Notes under the pieces: generated by a model
Told to the model about the DNA's origin: nothing
The model's input: only the letters and a program-made list of their open reading frames with translations
The model's database searches: none
DNA from: an uncultured bacterium
GTDB lineage: Bacteria; Chloroflexota; UBA5177; JANWHV01
Reading direction: 5' to 3'
Assembly: GCA_963729625.1 (NCBI GenBank)
Contig: CAVSOU010000010.1
Span: 800,001 to 864,000, forward strand
DNA length: 64,000 nucleotides
Shown here: in pieces, positions 19,495-29,740 of the stretch
Layout: every line of letters begins with the position of its first letter
Position numbering within the stretch: position 1 is the first letter of the stretch
Made by a program: the position numbers and the translations under genes

Positions 19495-21171
19495 ATGAAA
19501 GCTCTTGAGCGCAAGCTTCGCCGGTTCCCGCGTTTTGACATGCGGGTCCAGCGCCCTCGCGCGGCGGGCGGCGCCGGCCTCGTGCTTGTTTGCATGCTCG
19601 TACCGCTCTTGAGCGCCCTGGACGGCGCCAATGGCCCGCTTGGCCAGAGCATTCCCCTTCTCTTTCTCGTCCCGGTGCTCCTGGCCTCCGCTGCGGGAGG
19701 ACGCGCCGCGGGCTCGGTGGTCGCCTGCGTAGCCGTTGTTGCCTGGGATTGGTTCTTCATACCGCCCGTGCACCGCGTCACTATCGCAACGCCGCGCGAT
19801 GCAGTCGCCCTGTTGGTATTTCTGCTTGTCGCGCTGCTGGTGAGCGAGCTCGCCACCATTGTGCGCAAACGAACCAGCGAAGTGGTACGGAGAGCCAGCC
19901 TGTCGGATGCCCTCTATGACCTGAGTATGGCGCTGATCGGGCGGCGCGCGCCGCTCGATCAGCTCAGCCCGCTCACCGCGCGCCTGAGCGCGGCGTTCGA
20001 TCTGGAGGCGTGCGCGGTTCTCATGCCGGATCAGTGGGGACGTTGGCAGACTATCTCCGCCAGCGGTCGACTGCCCGACGAGCTTCGAGCGGAGCAGAAC
20101 CGAAATGTCGCTGCCGTGGCGACGCAGGTGCACGAGCACGGGCACGAAGGCTGGCTGGGCGACGTGGATGTCGCGCGCGCGCGGCGAGACAGGGTGCGGA
20201 GGCCGCGCGCGGGTCACGAGCGGGTCCGCTTCATTCCCCTCCGCGTGGGCGATCGCCCGGTTGGCGTGCTGGAGCTGCTGCTGCACGCAGCTGAGTCGGT
20301 CGACGTCGAGCGCGAGCAGCTCCTGGCCACCTTCGCCAACGGGGCGGCGATCGCGCTGGAACAGGCGCGTCTGGCAAGCGAGGAGCAGGCGGCGGCCATA
20401 GCGCGCGAAAGCGACCGGCTCAAGAGTGCGCTGCTCTCGTCAGTGTCGCACGACCTGCGGACACCGCTCGCAGGTATCAAGGCCGCGGCAAGCTCGCTGC
20501 TGGAGGACGACGTCGAATGGAGCGACGAGGACAGGCACGCATTCGCCGCCGAAATCAACGCCGAAGCCGACCGTTTGACGCGCCTGGTGTCCAACCTGCT
20601 CGACCTGTCACGCATTGAAGCAGGCGCCATGCGGCCTCTGAAGGAATGGGAGGACCTGGCGGCGCTCGTCGACAGGGTAGTGAACCGACTGCGTCCTCAC
20701 CTGGCTGACCACCCGATCGCATGCACCGTTGACGACAATCTGCCACTGGTCGACCTGGATGCCGTGCAAATCGAGCAGGTGCTGACAAATCTGCTGGAAA
20801 ACGCGGGCAAGTATGCACCTGAAGGCTCGCCGATAACGGTCACAGTTGAGGCGCACACGCTGGACGACCGCTCACGGCGCTTGCACCTCACCGTGCAGGA
20901 TCGAGGCCCAGGTATTCCGCCCTCGGAGAGGGATCGAATATTCGACAAGTTCTATCGTTTGTCCGGGCCAGGGGCCGGGGCAGCCGGTACCGGTATGGGT
21001 CTGGCCATCGTCAAAGGCCTGGTTGAAGCGCACGGCGGCCGCGTATGGGTCGAGAGCGCGCCGGATGGGGGCAGCCGTTTTGTTGTGGAGCTACCGATGG
21101 ACAGACAGTCTTCGGGGCATGAAGGGCTTGGGCCGAAGCAAGCGGTGGCCGGCGCGGCGCAGAGTGCCTGA
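19495..21171 (+). CDS. kdpD: KdpD-like TM-GAF histidine kinase (split KdpD, part 2)
   Basis: DUF4118-type TMs (WDWFFIPP), SVSHDLRTPL, NLLENA, GTGMGL. Confidence 0.88.
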   Translation: MKALERKLRRFPRFDMRVQRPRAAGGAGLVLVCMLVPLLSALDGANGPLGQSIPLLFLVPVLLASAAGGRAAGSVVACVAVVAWDWFFIPPVHRVTIATPRDAVALLVFLLVALLVSELATIVRKRTSEVVRRASLSDALYDLSMALIGRRAPLDQLSPLTARLSAAFDLEACAVLMPDQWGRWQTISASGRLPDELRAEQNRNVAAVATQVHEHGHEGWLGDVDVARARRDRVRRPRAGHERVRFIPLRVGDRPVGVLELLLHAAESVDVEREQLLATFANGAAIALEQARLASEEQAAAIARESDRLKSALLSSVSHDLRTPLAGIKAAASSLLEDDVEWSDEDRHAFAAEINAEADRLTRLVSNLLDLSRIEAGAMRPLKEWEDLAALVDRVVNRLRPHLADHPIACTVDDNLPLVDLDAVQIEQVLTNLLENAGKYAPEGSPITVTVEAHTLDDRSRRLHLTVQDRGPGIPPSERDRIFDKFYRLSGPGAGAAGTGMGLAIVKGLVEAHGGRVWVESAPDGGSRFVVELPMDRQSSGHEGLGPKQAVAGAAQSA

Positions 21172-21188
21172 ATAGTTCCGGTCGGAGG

Positions 21189-21929
21189 TTGAACGTGGCA
21201 CGCATCCTCGTGGTGGACGACGATCCGGCCATCCGCCGCACGCTGTACACCAACCTCTTTGCGCGAGGCTACGATGTGGTCGCCGCGGAGACTGGTGAGG
21301 AAGCGGTGCACTATGCCCGCGAGAGTGTGCCGGACCTAGTCGTGCTTGACCTCATGTTGCCGGGGCTCTCGGGCCTCCAGGTGTGCGAGATTCTACGGTC
21401 CGAACTGGCGTCGCCGATTCTCGTGCTTTCCGCACACGGCGAAGAACACCTCAAGGTCCGCGCGCTCGACCTCGGAGCAGACGACTATCTGACGAAGCCG
21501 TTCGGCATGGGCGAATTGCTCGCTCGGGTAAGGGCGCTGCTGCGCCGCCAGCAAAGTGAGCCCGACAAGCCACGGGCGCTCGTTGTCGGCGATCTCGAAG
21601 TGGATCTCGACGCCCGCCGTGCGACGTGGCGCGGGGCTGAGCTGGATCTGACCCGGCGCGAGCTGGAGATACTGGCCTATATGATGCGCCGTCCGGGCCA
21701 GGTGGTGACACACCGCATGCTGCTTGAGGCCATCTGGGGTCCCGAATACGAGGCGGAGACCCATTATGTCCGCGTGTTCATGAACCGCCTGCGCGGGAAG
21801 ATCGAGGCTGATCCGTCGCACCCGAGCGTACTCGTGACGGTGTCTGGGGTCGGCTATCGTCTCGAACTCGCTGCCGCCGAGCATGGCAATTCGCCGGCTG
21901 AGCCTGCCGGCGACGCGCCAGGCAGCTAG
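21189..21929 (+). CDS. kdpE: OmpR-family response regulator KdpE
   Basis: VVDDD, LDLMLP, GADDYLTKPF, winged helix (IWGPEY, LRGKIE.DPS.P). Confidence 0.88.
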   Translation: MNVARILVVDDDPAIRRTLYTNLFARGYDVVAAETGEEAVHYARESVPDLVVLDLMLPGLSGLQVCEILRSELASPILVLSAHGEEHLKVRALDLGADDYLTKPFGMGELLARVRALLRRQQSEPDKPRALVVGDLEVDLDARRATWRGAELDLTRRELEILAYMMRRPGQVVTHRMLLEAIWGPEYEAETHYVRVFMNRLRGKIEADPSHPSVLVTVSGVGYRLELAAAEHGNSPAEPAGDAPGS

Positions 21930-21997
21930 GCTGGCGGAAATAGCCAAGATCGCGGAGGATCGCGGCGAGAGATGTTGATCAACGTGTAAGGTGCGAC

Positions 21998-22399
21998 ATG
22001 GCCGATTCAATCTTGATTATCGAGGACGATCCCACGTTGTTGCGCGCCATCTGTCGCAACCTTTCGGTGCGCGGCTATGACGCGCGGGGCGCCACCACCG
22101 TAGCGGAAGCCCTTGCTGCTATCCGGCAAGACATCCCGGCCGTGATCGTGGCCGACATCGATCTGCCGGATGGATCGGGCTGGGAGGTATTGCGCGCCGT
22201 GCGCGAGAGCCGGCACGGTGAGGTTGGTATGATCGTCATGTCCGCTCTTCGGCCCAATCAGCGGCTGGCCACCGAGCTCGAAGTGGCAGGAATCCTGGAG
22301 AAGCCATTTCCTATTGATGCACTTCTCCGGCTCGTCGCGGCCCAGATCAGGCCCTCGCCACCACCGCGCGACGATGAGGCGGCAGCAGCGGAGGGCTAA
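21998..22399 (+). CDS. Stand-alone receiver domain protein
   Basis: IEDD, DIDLPDGSG, MSA, EKPF. Confidence 0.85.
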   Translation: MADSILIIEDDPTLLRAICRNLSVRGYDARGATTVAEALAAIRQDIPAVIVADIDLPDGSGWEVLRAVRESRHGEVGMIVMSALRPNQRLATELEVAGILEKPFPIDALLRLVAAQIRPSPPPRDDEAAAAEG

Positions 22400-22584
22400 A
22401 GAGGGGCCGCATACACACTTCTTCCGAAGACCTTCCGTGCTGTGCTACCTTAAGATCCGAGCCCGCCCTCCTGCCGGCAGCGCCAGCGGCGAGATCGCCA
22501 ATGGCAACCTGCGAATGCTCAGCCTGGCAGCACCCCGCGGGTCGTGGACAACTTGTGCCATAGCCGAAGGAGCGTCGTCGCAGC

Positions 22585-23649
22585 ATGAACCTTTTCGACC
22601 AGATGCAGATACGTGATGTCGTGATCGCCAATCGCATCTCGATGGCGCCGATGTGCACTTATTCCGCTGACAACGGCGTCGCCAACGACTGGCATGTCCT
22701 CCATTACGGCACTCGTGCCGTGGGCGGCGTTGGTCTGATCTGCGCCGAAGCCACCGCCGTTATCCCCGAGGGCCGCATTACTCCCGGAGACCTCGGACTC
22801 TGGGACGACGACCAGATCCCTCCCCTGAGCCGGGTGACGGCCGTCATCCGTCAGCACGGTGCCGTTGCCGGTATCCAGCTGGCCCACGCAGGGCGTAAGG
22901 CGAGCACGTCACGCCCATGGGATGGAGATCACGCCCTGGAGACGGCGCAAGGTGGCTGGCGGCCGGTCGTAGGGCCGAGTCCCATCCCGTTCGACTCTGA
23001 CCACCCCGTGCCCACGGCGCTCGACGAGGCCGGCATCCAGCGCATCATCGACGCGTTTCGTGCCTCCGCGAGCCGCGCCCTTCAGGCCGGCTTCCAGGTT
23101 GTGCAGGTTCACGCGGCCCACGGCTATTTGCTGCATGAGTTCCTTTCACCGCTGAGCAACCATCGCGAGGATGCGTACGGCGGAACGTTTGAGAATCGCA
23201 CTCGATTGCTTCGTCAAGTTGTCGACGCTATCCGGGAGGTGTGGCCCGCCACCAATCCACTGTTCGTTCGCCTGTCCATCACCGAGTGGCTCGACGCGGG
23301 CTGGAGCGTGGCCGACTCGGTCACGCTGTCCCGTCAGTTGGCGTCACAGGGAGTCGATCTTATCGACTGCTCGTCCGGCGGTAACATTGCCGGAGTACGT
23401 CCGCCACTGGGGCCCGGCTTCCAGACGCCGCTGGCCGTAACGATCAAGCGCGATGCCGGCGTGTCGACCGCGGCGGTAGGCATGATCACCGCGCCTGCCC
23501 AGGCGGACCATATTGTTCGGACTGGCCAGGCCGACATGGTCTCCCTCGGGCGCGAGTTGTTGCGCGACCCGTACTGGACTCTGCACGCCGCAAAGGTGCT
23601 TGGGCAGGAAGCACGCTGGCCCAAGCAATACATGAGCGTGCGAGCCTGA
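22585..23649 (+). CDS. NADH:flavin oxidoreductase (old yellow enzyme, YqjM/NamA type)
   Basis: NRISMAPMC, QLAHAGRKAS, HAAHGYLLHEFLSP, YGGTFENRTR. Confidence 0.92.
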   Translation: MNLFDQMQIRDVVIANRISMAPMCTYSADNGVANDWHVLHYGTRAVGGVGLICAEATAVIPEGRITPGDLGLWDDDQIPPLSRVTAVIRQHGAVAGIQLAHAGRKASTSRPWDGDHALETAQGGWRPVVGPSPIPFDSDHPVPTALDEAGIQRIIDAFRASASRALQAGFQVVQVHAAHGYLLHEFLSPLSNHREDAYGGTFENRTRLLRQVVDAIREVWPATNPLFVRLSITEWLDAGWSVADSVTLSRQLASQGVDLIDCSSGGNIAGVRPPLGPGFQTPLAVTIKRDAGVSTAAVGMITAPAQADHIVRTGQADMVSLGRELLRDPYWTLHAAKVLGQEARWPKQYMSVRA

Positions 23650-23790
23650 AGCTCGGCACGACACTGCGGAGCACGTGGAGGAGTGTCGCGCCGGCGCGGT
23701 TGGCGTCTCGGGGCGAGCGTACCGCCGTTGACAGGTCCAGGCACCACGTTCAGCGGGCGATATACGCAACTGATGGCGTGGACAGTGGGC

Positions 23791-24477
23791 TCAGACGGCA
23801 GCTACGCTGCGGTCTTCGATCTCCCACGTGTGATCGAGCACGTGCCAGGCGATACGTCTGACAGCGTAGGGCGGTGGCCAGCCTGTCTCTGGCAGTCGCG
23901 CCCACGCATCGGGCGCCTGCAGCGCCCTGATCATGGCATCACGCAAGGCCGCGATAGCAGACGGGTCGTCACGTGACGGCTGCCGAAGCGCGACGCCGAT
24001 CTTTCGCCCGTAGACCGCTTCGGCCCCCAGCACGTGGTCGATCATCTTGTCCCGATCGCGGCCGCCCCCGCGCGGGCCTTTGCGCAGTTCGGCCGGCGCA
24101 GTCGCGATCACCCGTTTGAAGACGACCCAGGACGCTCTTAGGAGCGCGATGTGGTGTTCGGCCGCCTCAGGCGGCCATGGCAGCAAGTCGCTGCTGGCGC
24201 ATAGCCCGGGAACGCCGAAATCGGTGTAGCCCGCGGAGCCGGCCAGTCGCTCCACAATCTTGAAGTCGTTTCGTGGCTGAAGATCGAACGAGATTCCTGC
24301 CTCCCGTGCGACGGTCGCGTAACGCTCGGCGTACCTCGCGAGCGCTTCGAGAGCCTGCTCTTCGGTCTTGCCGGAGCGGCACCACCCGGGCCAGCCCAGT
24401 GCGCACGCGAACACGCGTTTCTGCCCGATCTCAAGGTAGACTGCCGTCAGGTCGCTGGATCGAGGTGGCGTCAACAC
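23791..24477 (-). CDS. Conserved hypothetical protein (HicB-like N-terminus, DinB-like C-terminus)
   Basis: WPGWCRSGKTEEQAL, LRKGPRGGGRDRD, AWHVLDHTWEIEDR. Confidence 0.7.
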   Translation of the reverse strand: MLTPPRSSDLTAVYLEIGQKRVFACALGWPGWCRSGKTEEQALEALARYAERYATVAREAGISFDLQPRNDFKIVERLAGSAGYTDFGVPGLCASSDLLPWPPEAAEHHIALLRASWVVFKRVIATAPAELRKGPRGGGRDRDKMIDHVLGAEAVYGRKIGVALRQPSRDDPSAIAALRDAMIRALQAPDAWARLPETGWPPPYAVRRIAWHVLDHTWEIEDRSVAAV

Positions 24478-24696
24478 GTCGTCCCGCCTTCCATATGAGG
24501 TTCTCGCGTAGCACTTGCGTCACCTTTGCTGTCGTGGGCCGTTAAGCCAGGCTACCACGGATCAGGCTGCTGGGCCACAAACCTGTGCGGCTCCTTCCTT
24601 CGGCCACAGGGGTGGCGCAGATTGACCGCAGCCATTCGTGCCCGAAGTGTTGATTGCCGATTGAGGCGAGCCTCAAAGCCCAGAGGATCTCGGTGG

Positions 24697-25791
24697 TCAG
24701 CGGGCAGCAGCGCTCACCGCCCTCGCCTTAAAGGTTGCGTAGAGTTCCTGCCCCTCACGGCACTGCAGGAATGCCTCGGCCTCAGGCGTGATCTCGGCGA
24801 CCAGCGGCACTGCGCCTTCCGATCCGACTGCCAGGGTCACGCGCACTCGGCCTCCCAAGGGCAAGACCTCTCGCACGCGCCCAAGCAGGGTGTTGCGGGC
24901 CGAGCCGGCCGGCGGCTCGGTGGAGAGAGTGATCTCCCAGGGCCGCAGGCCAAGACTTACGGGCCCAGCCGTCAGGCCCTCGGCAGGCGCGAAGACCTCT
25001 ACGCCACCGGGAACCACGACACGGGCCAGATGGTCGGGCTCGTGCGCCAGCAGTTGGCCCTCCAGGTAGTTGACCCCGGTGAAATCGGCCACGAAACGGG
25101 TGTGGGGGTGTGCGAGCAGGTCGGCGTGGCTGCCGTCCTGCACGACTCGTCCATCGACAAGGATCACGATCCGCTCGCGGAACACCAGAGCGTCCGCGTA
25201 GTCGTGCGTCACCAGCACGGTCGGAATAGCCAGATCTGCCAACACCGAACGGAGCTCGCCGCGCACGCTCGTGCGCGTCTGCACATCCAGTGCCGCCAGG
25301 GGCTCGTCCAGCAGGAGTGCGCTCGGCTCCAGCACCAGAGCACGGGCCAGCGCAACGCGCTGTCTCTGCCCGCCCGACAGCTGCGCCGGGCGTTCGTTCG
25401 CCAGATTGGCCAGACCCAGTCGCTCCAGTGTTGAGCCAACGCGGTTTCGCCGCTCGGCCCGTCTCACTCTGCGAGCCTCCAGGCCGTAGGCCACATTCCG
25501 CTCCACGCTGAGATGGGGAAAGAGTGCGTACTCCTGGAACACTACGCTGATATTGCGCCTGCCCGAGGGCAGGCGGGCGCCCCCTTCTACATCGTCGAGA
25601 GTTCGCTCACCCAGCCGGATCGTCCCGGCATCCGGCGGCGCCAGACCGGCGACGAGCCGCAACAGCGTGCTTTTGCCCGAGCCGCTCGGACCGACAACAG
25701 CGGTTACACCGGGAGCGAATGCGAGATCCACGCTCAAGGTGAAGTCGCGCAGCTGCTTTGTCACGGCGATGTGCAGTGTGGCACTAGGCAT
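24697..25791 (-). CDS. modC: Molybdate ABC transporter ATPase with TOBE domain
   Basis: GPSGSGKS, LSGGQRQR, LLDEP, C-terminal TOBE; follows modB. Confidence 0.88.
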   Translation of the reverse strand: MPSATLHIAVTKQLRDFTLSVDLAFAPGVTAVVGPSGSGKSTLLRLVAGLAPPDAGTIRLGERTLDDVEGGARLPSGRRNISVVFQEYALFPHLSVERNVAYGLEARRVRRAERRNRVGSTLERLGLANLANERPAQLSGGQRQRVALARALVLEPSALLLDEPLAALDVQTRTSVRGELRSVLADLAIPTVLVTHDYADALVFRERIVILVDGRVVQDGSHADLLAHPHTRFVADFTGVNYLEGQLLAHEPDHLARVVVPGGVEVFAPAEGLTAGPVSLGLRPWEITLSTEPPAGSARNTLLGRVREVLPLGGRVRVTLAVGSEGAVPLVAEITPEAEAFLQCREGQELYATFKARAVSAAAR

Positions 25792-26593
25792 CGATCAACC
25801 GCACTGCCAGTGAGACGACCAGGCTGACCAGCACGAGTACGACTGAGAGCGCGACCGCCCCGTCGAGGTCCCCGCTCTCCAGGCTGAGGTAGACGGCCAG
25901 AGGCATAGTCTGGGTGACGCCCATCAGATTGCCGGCAAACATGATCGTGGCGCCGAACTCGCCCAGTGCCCGCGCCCAGGTGAGCACTGCCCCGCCGACC
26001 AGGCTGGGCAGTGCCATGGGGACAGTGATCCGACGAAAGGTGCCCCAGCTGCCATAGCCCAGGGTAGCGGAGGCATCCTCCAGCACACGGTCCACAGACA
26101 GGAAACCGGCGCGAGCTGCTCGGACATAGAAGGGACAGGACACGAATAGCTGGGCCATCACCACGGCCGGAGTGCTGAAGGCAATATGGATGCCCAGGTT
26201 GTTCAGCGTAGGACCGAGCAGGCCCTGCCGCCCAAAGGCGAGCAGCAAGGCCACGCCGGCCACCGCGGGCGGCACCACGATCGGCAGGTCCACGACGCTG
26301 TCCAGCAGGCGCTTGCCCGGGAAGGAGCCGCGGGCCAGCAGATAGGCCGTCGGCGTTCCCAAGAGCAGCGTCAACAGCAGGGTTACCGCGGTCGTCTCCA
26401 GGCTAAGCGTCAGGGCGCTGGTGGCGGTCGAACTCTGTAGGCTCGCCCATAGCGTGCCCGGCGGCGTCTGAAGCACCAGTGCGGCCAGTGGGAAAGCAAT
26501 GTAGAGCAGCAGCATCGCCGCCAGAAAGACCACCAGCAGGCGCCCGGCCCCGGCGCGAAGACCGGGACCGATGTTGCCGCGTAACGGTCGCAT
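25784..26593 (-). CDS. modB: Molybdate ABC transporter permease
   Basis: DLPIVVPPAVAG, WARALGEFGATIMFAGN. Confidence 0.92.
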   Translation of the reverse strand: MRPLRGNIGPGLRAGAGRLLVVFLAAMLLLYIAFPLAALVLQTPPGTLWASLQSSTATSALTLSLETTAVTLLLTLLLGTPTAYLLARGSFPGKRLLDSVVDLPIVVPPAVAGVALLLAFGRQGLLGPTLNNLGIHIAFSTPAVVMAQLFVSCPFYVRAARAGFLSVDRVLEDASATLGYGSWGTFRRITVPMALPSLVGGAVLTWARALGEFGATIMFAGNLMGVTQTMPLAVYLSLESGDLDGAVALSVVLVLVSLVVSLAVRLIDA

Positions 26594-26612
26594 CGTGCCT
26601 ACCGGATCGCGG

Positions 26613-27899
26613 TCACGACGGAGTGCCCTCCGGCGTGCCCACGACGATGGAATTGACGTTGGCCACCCAGCGCCCGGCCAGGGTATCACCCGGCACGATC
26701 AGTCGGATGGCACCTTCATCGGCCGCCAGCGGCTTTCCGTCTCGGTTATAGGCCAGGATCACCTGCTCGTGCCCGAAGTCTGGGGTGATCTCGGCCATGC
26801 CCACCGTGACCTGGTAGTTATCGGTGGCGCCGACAGTGACGAATTGGCGGAGCAGATCATTCTTGAAACTGGTGTTGGGGACCAGGCCGGCCTTTTGCAG
26901 CACGGTGTACAGGAGCGGACCAGTGTACGAGTAGACGCCCTTGGTGCCCGTATCCGTACGCAAGGTGACGGTGATCGTGGTCTTCGGCAGCTTCTGCAGA
27001 TCGGCGACGGTCAAAGTGACTATTGAGCTCACAACGCCGCTTATGACCACGGACGATGAGGGACCGCCCGCCGGCGCGCTGGTAATGAAGCCCTGTGCGG
27101 TCAACACGGCCTTGCCTGCCGCCGATTCCACATAATCGACGAACTTCTGCGCAAGGGTCGCGTTCTGACTGGCTTTGGTGACGGCGATGGGATAGACAGC
27201 GATCTGGTTGAAAGGCGGGGGCACCGCGATCGTCTGCACTTTCGGGGCCACGCTGGGCGTGACATCGGTCACGTAGACCACACCGGCATCGGCCTCTCCC
27301 AGGCTGACCTTCGCCGTCACGGCCTTGACGTCGGTCTCATTTGATTTGATGTTGGCCTGAATGCGGGCGAGGAAGTCCGTCCCAAAGGCCTCATCGGCGG
27401 CCATCACCTGGAAAGCGGCGCGGGCATATTTGCCCACGGGCACGGTCGGTGCGGCCAGCACCAGGTTCACGCCAGGGCGCGCCAGGTCGGGCAGGCTGTA
27501 TATGTGCGCCGGGTTGTCCTTGGGTACTATCACCACGAGGCGGTTCCGAACGAAGACCGTGGGGGTGGAGGCGATCAACCCTTTGGAGGTGGCGAGCGTC
27601 ATCTGCGCCTGGTTGGCGGACGCAAAGACATCGGCGGGGGCCCCCTGCGCCATCTGGGTGACCAGAGCGTCGGAGCCGGCGAAGTTGAACTTCACGCTCA
27701 CATTGTTTGCCTTGCTGAACGTGTTGCCAATGGTCGTGAAAGCTTCCGTCAGCGACGCAGCAGCGAAGACCGTGAGTGTGCCGTTGTCCGCGGCTCGGTT
27801 GTCGGGCGAGGCAGCGCGTGCGGCGCCGCAGGCGAGCGATGATAGGACGAGGATGAGGGCGACTAGCGAGAACGCTGGGCGTCGAAGTCGACTGACCAT
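26613..27899 (-). CDS. modA: Molybdate-binding protein fused to a C-terminal molybdopterin-oxidoreductase-like domain
   Basis: Signal peptide; TVFAAASL, FAGS, ADVFASAN, VPVGKY, GEADAGVVYVTD; about 150 extra C-terminal residues. Confidence 0.9.
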   Translation of the reverse strand: MVSRLRRPAFSLVALILVLSSLACGAARAASPDNRAADNGTLTVFAAASLTEAFTTIGNTFSKANNVSVKFNFAGSDALVTQMAQGAPADVFASANQAQMTLATSKGLIASTPTVFVRNRLVVIVPKDNPAHIYSLPDLARPGVNLVLAAPTVPVGKYARAAFQVMAADEAFGTDFLARIQANIKSNETDVKAVTAKVSLGEADAGVVYVTDVTPSVAPKVQTIAVPPPFNQIAVYPIAVTKASQNATLAQKFVDYVESAAGKAVLTAQGFITSAPAGGPSSSVVISGVVSSIVTLTVADLQKLPKTTITVTLRTDTGTKGVYSYTGPLLYTVLQKAGLVPNTSFKNDLLRQFVTVGATDNYQVTVGMAEITPDFGHEQVILAYNRDGKPLAADEGAIRLIVPGDTLAGRWVANVNSIVVGTPEGTPS

Positions 27900-28072
27900 G
27901 GTCCCTCCAGTGAGCCGATGGCTCAATACAGTGGGTAGAAAAGAGCATGAGCGGAAGGAAATGACGGCGATCCTGCGCGCTCTACATGCGTGCACCTCCC
28001 CGAAACTTGCCTTTAGCGGAGGGCTTCAGGGCCGACAGGACGCGGGGCGACACACACGAGTAGAGGCAGAGA

Positions 28073-28654
28073 TCATCGCACACTACTGGTTGCCCCCAGT
28101 GCTTCGGCGCAACGGTCGAGCCAGGCCAGCGCCGACCTTGTGCGCTCGACGCGGCCGTCGTGCAGCAGCCGGCGAAAGAACGCATCCTGGCTTTCGGCAG
28201 GATATGGAGGCTCGCATTCGAGGTCTGCGAGATACGTGCGGAACCTCGCGCGCTGGCGCGCGAGCAAGGCGTCACTGCGGGCGGGACCCTGGCGGTACGC
28301 CAGATACAGTTTGAGGGGGAAATCCAGCATGATATCGCGGGGCCGGTCTACCGGCTCGTCGATCCAGCGCTGCACCAGCTCTCGTCCCGCGTCGGTCAGC
28401 TCGAACACATGGCGTGGCGGACGAGCGCCCTGCTCAAGGAGATGGCCCTGCACCAGACCATCGCGTTCCAGCTGGGCAAGAAGCGCATAGAGGTGGCTGG
28501 CGCCCAGGTGCATGATCGAGTCAAGCACCGTTCCGGGAATGAACGCGCGCGCCAGGTCATAGCCGTAGCTGGGACCCGGCAGAAGGAGACCGAGTAAGGC
28601 ATGCCGCGCCGGCTCGGCAGCAGTCAGCGGACGCCGCATGCGCGCAACTCCCAT
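28073..28654 (-). CDS. PadR-family transcriptional regulator
   Basis: HALLGLL..GPSYGYDL, LYALLAQLERDGLV, FELTDAGR. Confidence 0.88.
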   Translation of the reverse strand: MGVARMRRPLTAAEPARHALLGLLLPGPSYGYDLARAFIPGTVLDSIMHLGASHLYALLAQLERDGLVQGHLLEQGARPPRHVFELTDAGRELVQRWIDEPVDRPRDIMLDFPLKLYLAYRQGPARSDALLARQRARFRTYLADLECEPPYPAESQDAFFRRLLHDGRVERTRSALAWLDRCAEALGATSSVR

Positions 28655-28756
28655 GATACATGGAACGTCACACTATAATTACCCATAATATGACTATAGG
28701 CAGCCTGCGTCTAGTGGTCAACAGATGCTCCTGCAAGGCCAGGGAATTGGGCTGCC

Positions 28757-28795
28757 TCCTCTTCGGCGCCGCTGGGCGAGCGGCGCCGAAGAGGA
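28757..28795 (-). terminator. Perfect 17-bp hairpin downstream of ppk2
   Basis: TCCTCTTCGGCGCCGCT-gggcg-AGCGGCGCCGAAGAGGA. Confidence 0.6.
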
Positions 28796-28864
28796 AGACC
28801 GTCAGGAGCGAAATGCTTCGAGGTAGAGAAACGTCAGCCTCCAGCGGCTGACCGGCGAAGGGCG

Positions 28865-29740
28865 TCAGTATCGTTCAGGCACGAACGTCTGATCGGTCAT
28901 CGGCGGCCTCACGTAGCCCCGTTCGCTCTGGCGCGGAGGCAGGACGAAAGTCTCTGGCGTCAGGTCCTCATACGGTACCGTACCGAGAAGATGGCTGATG
29001 CAGTTGAGCCTCGCCCGCTTCTTGTCGTCTGCGTTGACGACATACCAGGGGGCCTGTTTGGTATCCGTGTAGGAGAACATGGCGTCCTTCGCCTTGGAGT
29101 ACTCCGCCCAGCGCGCCCGGGACTCCAGGTCCATGGGGCTGATCTTCCAGCGCTTGGTAGGATCCGCGATACGGGCGTGGAAACGCTTCTCCTGCTCGTC
29201 ATCGCTCACCGAGAACCAGTATTTGACCAAGATGATGCCCGAGCGAATCAACATGCGCTCGAACTCAGGGCATGACCGCAAGAATTCCTGATACTCAGCC
29301 TCGCCGCAGAAGCCCATGACATGCTCGACGCCGGCGCGGTTGTACCAGCTCCTGTCGAACAGCGCCATCTCGCCTCCAGCGGGAAGGTGGGGCACATAGC
29401 GCTGGAAGTACCACTGACTCTTCTCGCGCTCGGTAGGCGTGCCCAGGGCGACCACTCTGCATATACGCGGATTCAGGCAGGCGGTAATTGTCTTTATGGC
29501 TCCACCCTTGCCGGCCGCGTCACGCCCTTCGAAGATCACGACCAGTTTCAACGCCTTCGCCTTCACCCACTCCTGAAGCTTCACCAGCTCAACCTGGAGG
29601 GGGATTAGCTGCTTCACGTAGTCTTTCGTGTCCATCTTGGGGCGCTCATCCCCGGCGGGGCGGGCCATGATGGCGGCCCCACCGAATCCCTTCGGATCGT
29701 TCGCGGGCTCCGGCTTTGGCTCACGTTGCTTCTGTGCCAC
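28865..29740 (-). CDS. ppk2: Polyphosphate kinase 2
   Basis: FEGRDAAGKGG, QWYFQRY, FDRSWYNRAGVE; GTG start after GGAGG. Confidence 0.93.
   Translation of the reverse strand: MAQKQREPKPEPANDPKGFGGAAIMARPAGDERPKMDTKDYVKQLIPLQVELVKLQEWVKAKALKLVVIFEGRDAAGKGGAIKTITACLNPRICRVVALGTPTEREKSQWYFQRYVPHLPAGGEMALFDRSWYNRAGVEHVMGFCGEAEYQEFLRSCPEFERMLIRSGIILVKYWFSVSDDEQEKRFHARIADPTKRWKISPMDLESRARWAEYSKAKDAMFSYTDTKQAPWYVVNADDKKRARLNCISHLLGTVPYEDLTPETFVLPPRQSERGYVRPPMTDQTFVPERY

Noticed and set aside
27900-28072. Moco/Tuco riboswitch upstream of modA
   Set aside because: No recognisable consensus elements by eye
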